Source: a virus (Duplodnaviria > Caudoviricetes). From it: a DNA stretch of 64,000 nt. The translations under genes were made by a program, and so were the position numbers. The DNA is taken from positions 1-64,000 of the IMG/VR virus record IMGVR_UViG_3300020047_007062; one strand, written 5' to 3'. This document shows, piece after piece, positions 8,460-15,949 of the stretch; position 1 is the stretch's first letter, and each line of letters opens with the position of its first letter. The notes beneath the pieces were generated by a model, which made no database searches, had not been told where the DNA came from, and saw only the letters and a list, made by a program, of their open reading frames with translations.

Positions 8460-8719
8460 GGGTGAAAACACCCATACGACACTTTTTTGACAGAAGGGGC
8501 CACGGTGCATCCGGAAGTGGAAGTACAACACTGCAAACATCGTGGCCCCAAGGAAATTAATGGCGGGTAATGGCTACCGGAGGTCGGGGCCGGGTTAGCA
8601 ACCGGTACAACCGGTGAAGGTGGCACAATCCCTAAGCACAGCAATCGCGCTGTGTTAAGCCGAACAATGATGACAGACGCTACGGCTGCCCTCCCCCGGC
8701 AACATCGGGAGGGCTTTTT
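8460..8719 (+). ncRNA. Candidate structured ncRNA downstream of the tRNA
   Basis: No credible ORF; ggggccacg/cgtggcccc stem and several hairpins; ends in the terminator gccctccc..gggagggc-ttttt (8688-8719). Confidence 0.35.
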
Positions 8720-8748
8720 AATCAATCGAAAACTATTAGAAACAGACA

Positions 8749-9165
8749 ATGAGACAAATAAAATTCCGGGGCAAGCGCCTCGACAATGGCGAGTGGGTTG
8801 AGGGGGACTTGGTTCATGGTCAAGGAACCAAAGCAGGGCGCATGTACATCTTGCCACATGCGGCAGTTTATCCACCCGGTTGCCATAAAATTTATGGATG
8901 GAACGTTGACCCCGCCACAGTCGGACAATTCACCGGCCTCACCGACAAGAACGGGAAGGAGATTTGGGAACAAGATATTATCTTCATCAGGCACCCGTGG
9001 AAAAGCAGGGTGTATAGAGGTGAAATCATTTATGACAAGGGTAAGTTTTGTGCTGTGCGTTTTCATTTTCCCCACCAAGATAATCCCGAAGACCCATTTG
9101 AGAATATTGAATACATGGAAGTAATCGGCAACGCGATAGATAACAAAGAACTCCTAACCAAATGA
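8749..9165 (+). CDS. YopX family protein
   Basis: MRQIKFRGKR..GEWVEGDL, VGQFTGLTDKNGKEIWEQDI, EVIGN. Confidence 0.92.
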   Translation: MRQIKFRGKRLDNGEWVEGDLVHGQGTKAGRMYILPHAAVYPPGCHKIYGWNVDPATVGQFTGLTDKNGKEIWEQDIIFIRHPWKSRVYRGEIIYDKGKFCAVRFHFPHQDNPEDPFENIEYMEVIGNAIDNKELLTK

Positions 9166-9755
9166 GCCAATGGATTTCAGTTGATGAAAGACTGCCCGAA
9201 ACACCCGACAATGTGTTGGCAGTATTGAATGGGCAAGTATGCATAATGAGCTACTTTTTATTTACGGAAAATGGGGAAACAAATAAAGTATGGGCATACG
9301 TTTATGACGGAATAAACGGTGACGGAGTATTTGACGACAACTATTATCCAACCCATTGGATGCCTATACCACAACCCCCAACCATTAAACTCACCACACA
9401 AACCCAAAATGAATTAGATAGACGGTTAGTGGATATTTTGGAGGCATTACGGTATCACGAATGGAACTACCGATTAGAGAGTGAAAGTGATATTGGTGTT
9501 TACGCAACATTGATAGACCGCAGCACGTACCCAAGGTTATGGATAGATAACAGTACAGCAGGGGAGATGACTATAATGTGTGAAACGCCTGAAAGCACCC
9601 TGAACAGACTAAGCCCGTTACCTGAAAAAGATTGGATTGAAAGGTTTTTTGGCAAAGATACTTTTGATGCAGTCCACAAAATGTGTGATTATATCATTTG
9701 TCAATATCCAAAAAGTCGCTTTGCGGAGTGGTGGAGTAAAAATATTACCCAATGA
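9162..9755 (+). CDS. DUF551-like N-terminal domain fused to an unknown domain
   Basis: WISVDERLPE ... PTHWMPIPQPP. Confidence 0.75.
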   Translation: MSQWISVDERLPETPDNVLAVLNGQVCIMSYFLFTENGETNKVWAYVYDGINGDGVFDDNYYPTHWMPIPQPPTIKLTTQTQNELDRRLVDILEALRYHEWNYRLESESDIGVYATLIDRSTYPRLWIDNSTAGEMTIMCETPESTLNRLSPLPEKDWIERFFGKDTFDAVHKMCDYIICQYPKSRFAEWWSKNITQ

Positions 9756-10018
9756 ACCCATTACAACCCATTACCATCCCCCTTGGGGACGCCCCTGTCC
9801 CAACGCTTGATGCCGTTTTCTATCAGGACGTCAGGGAGTTCATGGTTTGGATGGCCTGTAACTACTACTTGGCCCCCCACCGCAAACAGGTTGAGAGGGA
9901 GAGCGGGCTAACCCAACAGGATATACTCAGGGCCGCGTGGGGCAAGGATTTGGACAGGGCTAAGGCCGACAGGATAAGGAAGTGGTTAAAGGATAACCCC
10001 AACTACCGCAATGATTGA
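9752..10018 (+). CDS. Hypothetical protein
   Basis: Coupled ORF. Confidence 0.65.
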   Translation: MNPLQPITIPLGDAPVPTLDAVFYQDVREFMVWMACNYYLAPHRKQVERESGLTQQDILRAAWGKDLDRAKADRIRKWLKDNPNYRND

Positions 10019-10457
10019 ACGTTGTACATTCTACGGATTCAAACGGGACGGCAAACCCGTTATGCCCAACTCCAAGGGCTTATGGGCATACGTAATGGCT
10101 TTGAAGGGGGACGAGTTCCAAATAACAGTGGAACCCAAGAAGAAGAACCGTTCAAACCAACAGAACCGCTACCTGCATGGGGTGGTGTACCCCTTGGCCG
10201 CCAAGGGATTGTCGGACGCATGGGGCTATCCCGTATCACTCGAAGAAACCCACCTCTTTTTCAAGTTGAAATATTGGTACAAGGAAGGGGTGGACGTGGA
10301 GACGGGAGAGATCACCAAGCTACCGAGGTCAACAAGGGAGATGGATACGGTTGATATGATGGGGTATTTGGAGGCCATACGGGCCTTTTGCGCGGCCTAT
10401 TTGGGGACGGACATACCCGAACCTAATGAGCAGGTAGAAATGGAGTTTAATCAATAA
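10011..10457 (+). CDS. NinB/Orf-like recombination accessory protein
   Basis: RSNQQNRYLHGVVY..STREMDTVDM..YLEAI. Confidence 0.65.
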   Translation: MIERCTFYGFKRDGKPVMPNSKGLWAYVMALKGDEFQITVEPKKKNRSNQQNRYLHGVVYPLAAKGLSDAWGYPVSLEETHLFFKLKYWYKEGVDVETGEITKLPRSTREMDTVDMMGYLEAIRAFCAAYLGTDIPEPNEQVEMEFNQ

Positions 10458-10467
10458 AAATCACAAT

Positions 10468-10788
10468 ATGAGTTTAGATGTTTGTTTGATAACAGAAAAC
10501 GAAGAAGTTTATAGTTCCAACATTACCCACAACCTCGCTACAATGGCGGACGAAGCGGGTATTTATGAGGTGCTTTGGACGCCAAATGAGATAGGCAAAA
10601 CCAAGGCGTCCGAACTTGTGGAACTACTTGAAGAAGGATTGGCTGACTTGAAAGAACGACCCGACCACTTCAAAAAGTTTGACGCCCAAAACAAGTGGGG
10701 GACTTATGAGCAGTTCGTCCCGTTTGTGGAAGACTACTTAAATGCTTGTAAGGAACATCCCGACGCCAAGGTGGAGGTATCGAGATAA
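10468..10788 (+). CDS. Conserved phage hypothetical protein
   Basis: NITHNL..MA..AGIY..LW, NKWGTYE motifs. Confidence 0.75.
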   Translation: MSLDVCLITENEEVYSSNITHNLATMADEAGIYEVLWTPNEIGKTKASELVELLEEGLADLKERPDHFKKFDAQNKWGTYEQFVPFVEDYLNACKEHPDAKVEVSR

Positions 10789-10972
10789 AATACGCCGTGG
10801 GTGCTGGGCGGTTTATCGGCACCGAATTAAATATTGGGTAGTGTCTCAGTTTGAAATAATCAACAAAACCATATCGCAAAAATGAATAAAAGCAAAACCG
10901 TATCAGTAAGGAAGCGTATTGCCGATTCCTTCGTAGTTGAAGTCCTTGTGGAATATGTTGGATTCCTCAAAT

Positions 10973-11572
10973 TCATGCTTTGGCTGTTTGGTCTTCGGAA
11001 GCACGATCATTAGCAGCCAATTGCTTTAGGTAATAATCGTAAAATGCAATTGACTTAGCGTAGTATTCGTTTAGAAGAGCCTTATTGTCTCGTTCTATCA
11101 ATTCCTCAGCACCTAAAACTCGTGGGTAGAATATTTTGTCGAAGTCCTCTCGCGTGACGTTACGTATCTTGATGTCACTTGCTATTAGGAACAAAAGATC
11201 AGACGTGATCTTATTCAATGTTGCCTTTTCTTCATCCGTCAAGTCTCTGCCCCCATCTGTGTTCACGGTTGCGTGAAACTGTTTCCATTTCTCACGAATT
11301 TCATTGTTTTTTGGAAACACTACCTGTATCGCATTCAAAGTATCGGCTAATTCTCGCTTAAAAACAGGGGATGCCCTGTGTAAGAATAGCTTTTGGAACA
11401 AGTCGCTCTTGATCTGTTGATTTGCATATCGCTTTTGCGACCAAATAGTAATACCTACACAGATCATTGGAACACATACTATTGCTATTAGTTCAATAAT
11501 AGAAATAATTAGTTCCACTATTCGAAAATCTAAGTATGGCAACGGGACAAAGGTTTTGGTTGCCCCAAACAT
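10973..11572 (-). CDS. IS passenger: N-terminal TM helix plus helical domain (DUF6680-like)
   Basis: Hydrophobic aa 18-43; LFQKLFLHR..ALN-type TLNAIQVVF..IREKW motif. Confidence 0.6.
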   Translation of the reverse strand: MFGATKTFVPLPYLDFRIVELIISIIELIAIVCVPMICVGITIWSQKRYANQQIKSDLFQKLFLHRASPVFKRELADTLNAIQVVFPKNNEIREKWKQFHATVNTDGGRDLTDEEKATLNKITSDLLFLIASDIKIRNVTREDFDKIFYPRVLGAEELIERDNKALLNEYYAKSIAFYDYYLKQLAANDRASEDQTAKA

Positions 11573-11579
11573 AGCAAAC

Positions 11580-12410
11580 TTAGCTCTCAGACAGTCGGGC
11601 TATATCCTCATAACTCATAATGTCCTGAGTTAATCCCGCCTCCATTGCAGGGGTAACCCTCAATGTCTTGTGAATCTTGCAGAAATTGTAATATACGAAG
11701 TGTAGGGCGATTGCGTGGCAATGGTTCTCTACCTTCTTAGAAAAGGCATTGGTAAGCCTTGTAAACCGTCTCATGTGCATCCGCATGGTCAGGTTTTGAC
11801 GCTCTACATAGCTTGTAGATATGTGGCTGGCCTCAGGATTGCCAATAACATCTACTTTCTTGGCTCCAATACATTCAGCAGGTGAATATCTCTTTTCGCC
11901 CTTTATTTCGGTTGAACCATACAATTTCACAAGTTGAGCATAGTCTATTCCTGAGGGAAAAGCATCCGCAACCGCGTCTATGTAGGACTTAAAACCGTCC
12001 GTTGTCAGTTGAATCCTATTTTGAATGCGTGACGCCACATCTTGCATAAAATCGTTTGCGCTATCCGCATCCCGATTGCCAACAAACCAGGACACTACCA
12101 ACTTAGTTTCCGCGTCAATGCCTACCCAAGTCCAAACATCACCCGCTTCGCCCCTTTCCCTCATGTCCTCAGGTGCGTTCTTATGCTTTGCATAGACAAA
12201 CGACCAAATTTCGTCGCATTGAACGCGCTTACAGATCAGCCCTCTTACTGTTTCGTCGTGGAAACGCTGACATGCCTGACCAACCTCAACAAGTAGTTTG
12301 GTCACGGTATTGATTGAACAATCGGCTATGCGTGACGTGGCGCGCAGGCTATTACCCTCACACAGTAGTTGAATGATTCGGGCTTTGTCGGTAATGGATT
12401 TCTTGTTCAT
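11580..12410 (-). CDS. IS1-family DDE transposase
   Basis: N-terminal HTH EGNSLRATSRI; QCDEIWSFV, LTTDGF, STSYVERQNLTMR; TATCTTTG promoter 4 nt before ATG. Confidence 0.93.
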   Translation of the reverse strand: MNKKSITDKARIIQLLCEGNSLRATSRIADCSINTVTKLLVEVGQACQRFHDETVRGLICKRVQCDEIWSFVYAKHKNAPEDMRERGEAGDVWTWVGIDAETKLVVSWFVGNRDADSANDFMQDVASRIQNRIQLTTDGFKSYIDAVADAFPSGIDYAQLVKLYGSTEIKGEKRYSPAECIGAKKVDVIGNPEASHISTSYVERQNLTMRMHMRRFTRLTNAFSKKVENHCHAIALHFVYYNFCKIHKTLRVTPAMEAGLTQDIMSYEDIARLSES

Positions 12411-12580
12411 GCGACAAAGATAATGAACTTTTGCTTATTCGGTCAAGAATAATATTCATTATGAGTAACAAAAATGTTAAAAAACGGATGTCGCTCATTG
12501 TGTGGCGGTTGGTTGGGTTTATGTTGCACAACTTTTGTCAACAATTTACGTACTATAAAGGTTGTAAATTTGTTTTAACC

Positions 12581-13123
12581 ATGAACTCTGTTTCCTTTAA
12601 TTATTGCGATCCTGGATCACAGGAGAAGGCCGTCAAGTTTATTGAGTCTTTTACTCGTAACCCCAATAAATCAAAGCCTGATGCAACTTCCATAAAAGTG
12701 GCATATCAATACTTAGAACCAAAAGAGTCAACTCATTTGAAGGAAGTTTCCAACATTGTTTTGAATCTATCGGAAAGCATTTTAGATAGCCTACCAACAA
12801 ACAAAAACAACCGTTGGAGTGAAGCTAAAGTGAATGTTGTTGCGCAGACTTGTGGGTCTCTTAATCAGGCGGTTGAATCATTACTAACAATGATCCAAAC
12901 CATTGATGTAGTAAAAGGAACTTCCCAAGCCATCAAAAACTTTAAAATAGCATCAGAAAACCTTACGTTTATTGAAGATTACTTGATAGGCGTATGCACA
13001 ATAGATGCTGCGCGAAATGATGTTAAACACATGCGCCCTATGACCCCAAGTCAGTTCAAAAAGTATATTAATAAATATAGCAGTTATGTATGGGATACTG
13101 ATCTCGAAATCTGCATTAGCTGA
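12581..13123 (+). CDS. IS passenger: unknown helical protein, putative partner of the RelE-like gene
   Basis: Start chosen after TAAATTTG at 12565-12572 (ORF is open from 12431); overlaps next gene by 38 nt. Confidence 0.65.
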   Translation: MNSVSFNYCDPGSQEKAVKFIESFTRNPNKSKPDATSIKVAYQYLEPKESTHLKEVSNIVLNLSESILDSLPTNKNNRWSEAKVNVVAQTCGSLNQAVESLLTMIQTIDVVKGTSQAIKNFKIASENLTFIEDYLIGVCTIDAARNDVKHMRPMTPSQFKKYINKYSSYVWDTDLEICIS

Positions 13124-13400
13124 TTTGACAACTCAGCACAACGCGAAGTTTAAATCACGTATTATTTCAGACATTCAAGACATCGCTAACGAGCCACATT
13201 CGAAAAGAATCAAGTCAATTAAGAAGAACATTTTAGGGACATTTTATGTAAATTGTGGGCCTCGGTATTGTGTAGTATTAGATATGGATCATGACAATGA
13301 GACAATAAGTATCTTAGCGGTATGGCACCGCGCATATCTGCATAATTTAGTTAACGGCCGAACAAAACTTAAATCTACTTCTTCCCCCACCGCTTCTTAG
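13086..13400 (+). CDS. IS passenger: RelE/ParE-fold protein
   Basis: ILISKSALADL..RIISDIQDIANEP..FYVNCGPRYCVV..ISILAVWHR pattern. Confidence 0.6.
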   Translation: MYGILISKSALADLTTQHNAKFKSRIISDIQDIANEPHSKRIKSIKKNILGTFYVNCGPRYCVVLDMDHDNETISILAVWHRAYLHNLVNGRTKLKSTSSPTAS

Positions 13401-13608
13401 CGGCTTTTTTGGCAATAGCCGACCGTTGTTCGGCTGTTAGTTTTTTGGCTCTTGCCTTTCCGCCCTTTAATCCGCCTAACCTGCCTAATGCAACAGCAGC
13501 AGGATTTTTGCCTTCGCTGTTTTTTGGGTCAACGGCTTCGCCCGTTGAGATGTCCACAATAGATTTGGCGAGCTGATTGGGGTCGCGTGGTCTTTTCTTT
13601 TTAGCCAT
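13375..13608 (-). CDS. IS-associated small basic protein (often labelled histone H1-like)
   Basis: RPRDPNQLAKSIVD ... KNPAAVALGRLGGLKGGKARA. Confidence 0.8.
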   Translation of the reverse strand: MAKKKRPRDPNQLAKSIVDISTGEAVDPKNSEGKNPAAVALGRLGGLKGGKARAKKLTAEQRSAIAKKAAKKRWGKK

Positions 13609-13684
13609 GCAGCAAATATGGCCATTCTTGAGCGGTCAAGATGTTAAAATTCCAAACTGAGACACTACCAAATATTGAAAGGAA

Positions 13685-13921
13685 ATGACACCACAAGAAA
13701 AAGCACAGGAACTTATTGAGAAGTATCTACCTACGGTACGAGGTGCTGACAGATACAACTACAACGTTGAAAGCATGAACGTGTTTATTGCAAAAGAATG
13801 TGCAAAAATAGCCGTTGATGAAATTTTGGAAACTCTCAAAACTTGTTGGGACGAACAAGGTGCTTACTTGCAGCACAACTATTGGGAGAACGTGAAACTT
13901 GAATTGGAGCAAACGAAATAA
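13685..13921 (+). CDS. Hypothetical phage protein
   Basis: MTPQEKAQELIEKY..AKECAKIAVDEIL..YWENVKLEL. Confidence 0.75.
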   Translation: MTPQEKAQELIEKYLPTVRGADRYNYNVESMNVFIAKECAKIAVDEILETLKTCWDEQGAYLQHNYWENVKLELEQTK

Positions 13922-13937
13922 GTTGCCTCAATCCCCC

Positions 13938-13969
13938 TTTGCAAAAATTCCCAAAAACACCTATCTTTG
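13938..13969 (+). promoter_or_regulatory. Consensus Bacteroidota promoter
   Basis: TTTG-N20-TATCTTTG. Confidence 0.8.
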
Positions 13970-13972
13970 TCC

Positions 13973-14082
13973 CGACCCAAAACCCCAACGTGGTGAAACT
14001 CCCCGTGGGCAGCAACGGACAGGTGAGGAACGTAGGGTCAACCGAGGGGGTGTGCTATCAGGCGTCACCCCTTCGGCTTTTA
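13973..14082 (+). ncRNA. Candidate sRNA of about 110 nt, convergent with the endolysin gene
   Basis: Perfect promoter, no ATG-initiated ORF, terminator ccgagggggtg..caccccttcgg-ctttt (14042-14081). Confidence 0.4.
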
Positions 14083-14088
14083 TACCCC

Positions 14089-14595
14089 TTAGAGAATAAC
14101 GTATCCCGCACCATCAACATTCCCCAATCTGACATCGGTTAGTAATGACTTTGTAGAACGCCCAAATGTCTGTTGGAAGTGGGGGCGATCCTTAAATCCT
14201 GACCAGTCTCCGCCCCATTCGTAGCCATAGTGTTTGGCTATTACAACAACCTCTAACCAATCTGCCTTCCCATCCCCGTCAAAGTCCACGTTGGTTTCCC
14301 ATGAGGCCGTCTCGAACTTACCATCCGCATTGGTGTCCTTTAACAGGACTATATCAAAGGCAAGTCCATAATTGTGGTATGATTGACCACCCCTTGCGTT
14401 GGTGACTATTTTGCCCGCTTTTGTCCGCCCTTGGGCGTAGAGTTCATCTTGCTCCTGAAAGGTGCGTAGAGTGTACGCAAATCGGCACAGCGCCTTTCCA
14501 GTGAGTGCCTTGCAAATATCCCTGTACATTTCCACGGCATCGGCCCGTAGTTTGGGGTGCATCAGTTGGATGCGGTCAAGTGTAATTTTATCCAT
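14089..14595 (-). CDS. Endolysin, peptidase M15 (L-Ala-D-Glu peptidase, CwlK-like)
   Basis: RTFQEQDELYAQGRT, SYHNYGLAFD, WGGDW..DRPHFQ. Confidence 0.93.
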   Translation of the reverse strand: MDKITLDRIQLMHPKLRADAVEMYRDICKALTGKALCRFAYTLRTFQEQDELYAQGRTKAGKIVTNARGGQSYHNYGLAFDIVLLKDTNADGKFETASWETNVDFDGDGKADWLEVVVIAKHYGYEWGGDWSGFKDRPHFQQTFGRSTKSLLTDVRLGNVDGAGYVIL

Positions 14596-14875
14596 TAGTT
14601 ACTTCTGTTGTGTTTGGGTCATAAGTCACGGGCGGTTTCTTTCCCCTGACCATCCCTATCATTTCCTTGCCACCCTCGACACCCGCAAAGGTGATTAGTC
14701 CCCATAAGGCCCATTCGAGGGCTGAATTGTACACATCGAGGACATCATCGAAGGTCTCGGTATCGTTAAAATAGATGATGGCGGCCCCTATGAATATGAA
14801 TACCCAATAGGCAATGAGGAGCGCGAATTTGCGCGAGGCCATCCATTCCTGTAACTTCTGTGCTGTCTTACTCAT
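14588..14875 (-). CDS. Holin candidate (2 TM)
   Basis: Two hydrophobic helices; overlaps the endolysin start. Confidence 0.6.
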   Translation of the reverse strand: MSKTAQKLQEWMASRKFALLIAYWVFIFIGAAIIYFNDTETFDDVLDVYNSALEWALWGLITFAGVEGGKEMIGMVRGKKPPVTYDPNTTEVTNG

Positions 14876-15177
14876 CTCCTCCTCCTCTTGCGCTTCCCGT
14901 GGGTCTTCTTAGCCAAGGTATAGACCGTGTACATTGATACTACACAGGCTGATGCCTCAGCCAATATTTTGACTACCTCTCCCACGTTTTTGATTACTTC
15001 CATCCAATTAATTACGATGACACCCAAAAAACCAAAGAAGACCGTAAAGATCAAAGCAAATATAAAGCTAATGACCGTATAGGTTTTATGTACGTCTAAA
15101 ATACAGGAAGAAAAGATATGGAAAAACCACACTAACCCAATGGTGATGGGCTTGTGATGGCGCTCTGCAATATCCAT
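14872..15177 (-). CDS. Membrane protein of the lysis cassette (holin/antiholin candidate)
   Basis: TM helices, highly basic tail KRKRRRR; start coupled to the upstream stop. Confidence 0.55.
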   Translation of the reverse strand: MDIAERHHKPITIGLVWFFHIFSSCILDVHKTYTVISFIFALIFTVFFGFLGVIVINWMEVIKNVGEVVKILAEASACVVSMYTVYTLAKKTHGKRKRRRR

Positions 15178-15614
15178 CAGGTTTTGGGTCTCCATAGGTT
15201 TTTGGGCAGTCTTTTTAACTGTTTGTATATCCATGAACATCCTTTTTCTATCGGGGCAACAACCCAATAGTTTGTGAGCGCAATATAGCCACTAATGACA
15301 AACCCGACGTACTCCGCCCCCGTTATTTCCAAGGGAGAAAAAAACAGTTCGTCAAAGAGGTTAGTTAAGGCCAGTCCGTAGAAGAACTCCGCCAAGTGGT
15401 AATCCCCCCGCTTCCCCTTCGTGTACCCCATGACACCCTTGGTAATTAACACCCAAGCGATAGCCATACACAGCATCCAAAAGTTGGTGTAGGCCACCTC
15501 AAGTTCGGTCTGACGGTCGGGATACAGGTCAATGAGGTAAGAGAACCTATGCCACGACTGATACGCAACTAAGGTACAGAGGACGGATAGCCCTATGTGG
15601 TAACGGGGTTTCAA
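15177..15614 (-). CDS. Four-TM membrane protein of the lysis region
   Basis: Four hydrophobic segments. Confidence 0.65.
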   Translation of the reverse strand: MKPRYHIGLSVLCTLVAYQSWHRFSYLIDLYPDRQTELEVAYTNFWMLCMAIAWVLITKGVMGYTKGKRGDYHLAEFFYGLALTNLFDELFFSPLEITGAEYVGFVISGYIALTNYWVVAPIEKGCSWIYKQLKRLPKNLWRPKT

Positions 15615-15887
15615 TTAACGCTTCTTGATGTTAGAAGGTCGGTTCCCGTTGAGTTTGTAATAGATGTTCCCAACGGAATCCTCAATCCATTGTCCGTTAC
15701 TCACGTCAACCGATTGGGCTATTTCCGAATACCAATATTCAACGGTGGGGTTGCAGGGAGACCCGTTCTGACCCTGATGGAGGGTGTAGGGGGATGAGGG
15801 GCTTGGGTTGTTGTCCTTGATGTAATCTACACCGAGGTAGTTGAGGAACACGAAGTTCTCATTTGCGGAGAGTTGGACTTGTGGCAT
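15615..15887 (-). CDS. Hypothetical protein
   Basis: Start MPQVQL. Confidence 0.55.
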   Translation of the reverse strand: MPQVQLSANENFVFLNYLGVDYIKDNNPSPSSPYTLHQGQNGSPCNPTVEYWYSEIAQSVDVSNGQWIEDSVGNIYYKLNGNRPSNIKKR

Positions 15888-15949
15888 GTCGTTGTCGGTT
15901 ATGTGGTATCTGTCGTGCAAAGGTAATCGGTTTAAGCAATTTTAACTAC

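Larger units (their letters stand above)
10837..13669 (-). mobile_element. IS1-family transporter IS (ISMhu11-like organisation), 2833 bp, with passenger genes
   Basis: IR GGTAGTGTCTCAGTTTGAAAT at 10837 and its complement ending 13669 (20/21 match); 8-bp TSD AAATATTG at 10829-10836 and 13670-13677. Confidence 0.93.

Noticed and set aside
8324-8875. 183-aa minus-strand ORF
   Set aside because: Antisense to the tRNA, structured RNA and yopX; implausible composition
10882-11013. 43-aa ORF at the IS left end
   Set aside because: Short, overlaps the passenger stop on the opposite strand, no supporting motif
13973-14040. Hammerhead ribozyme or known riboswitch
   Set aside because: GAAAC is present but CUGANGA and the GUH site are missing; no riboswitch consensus matched
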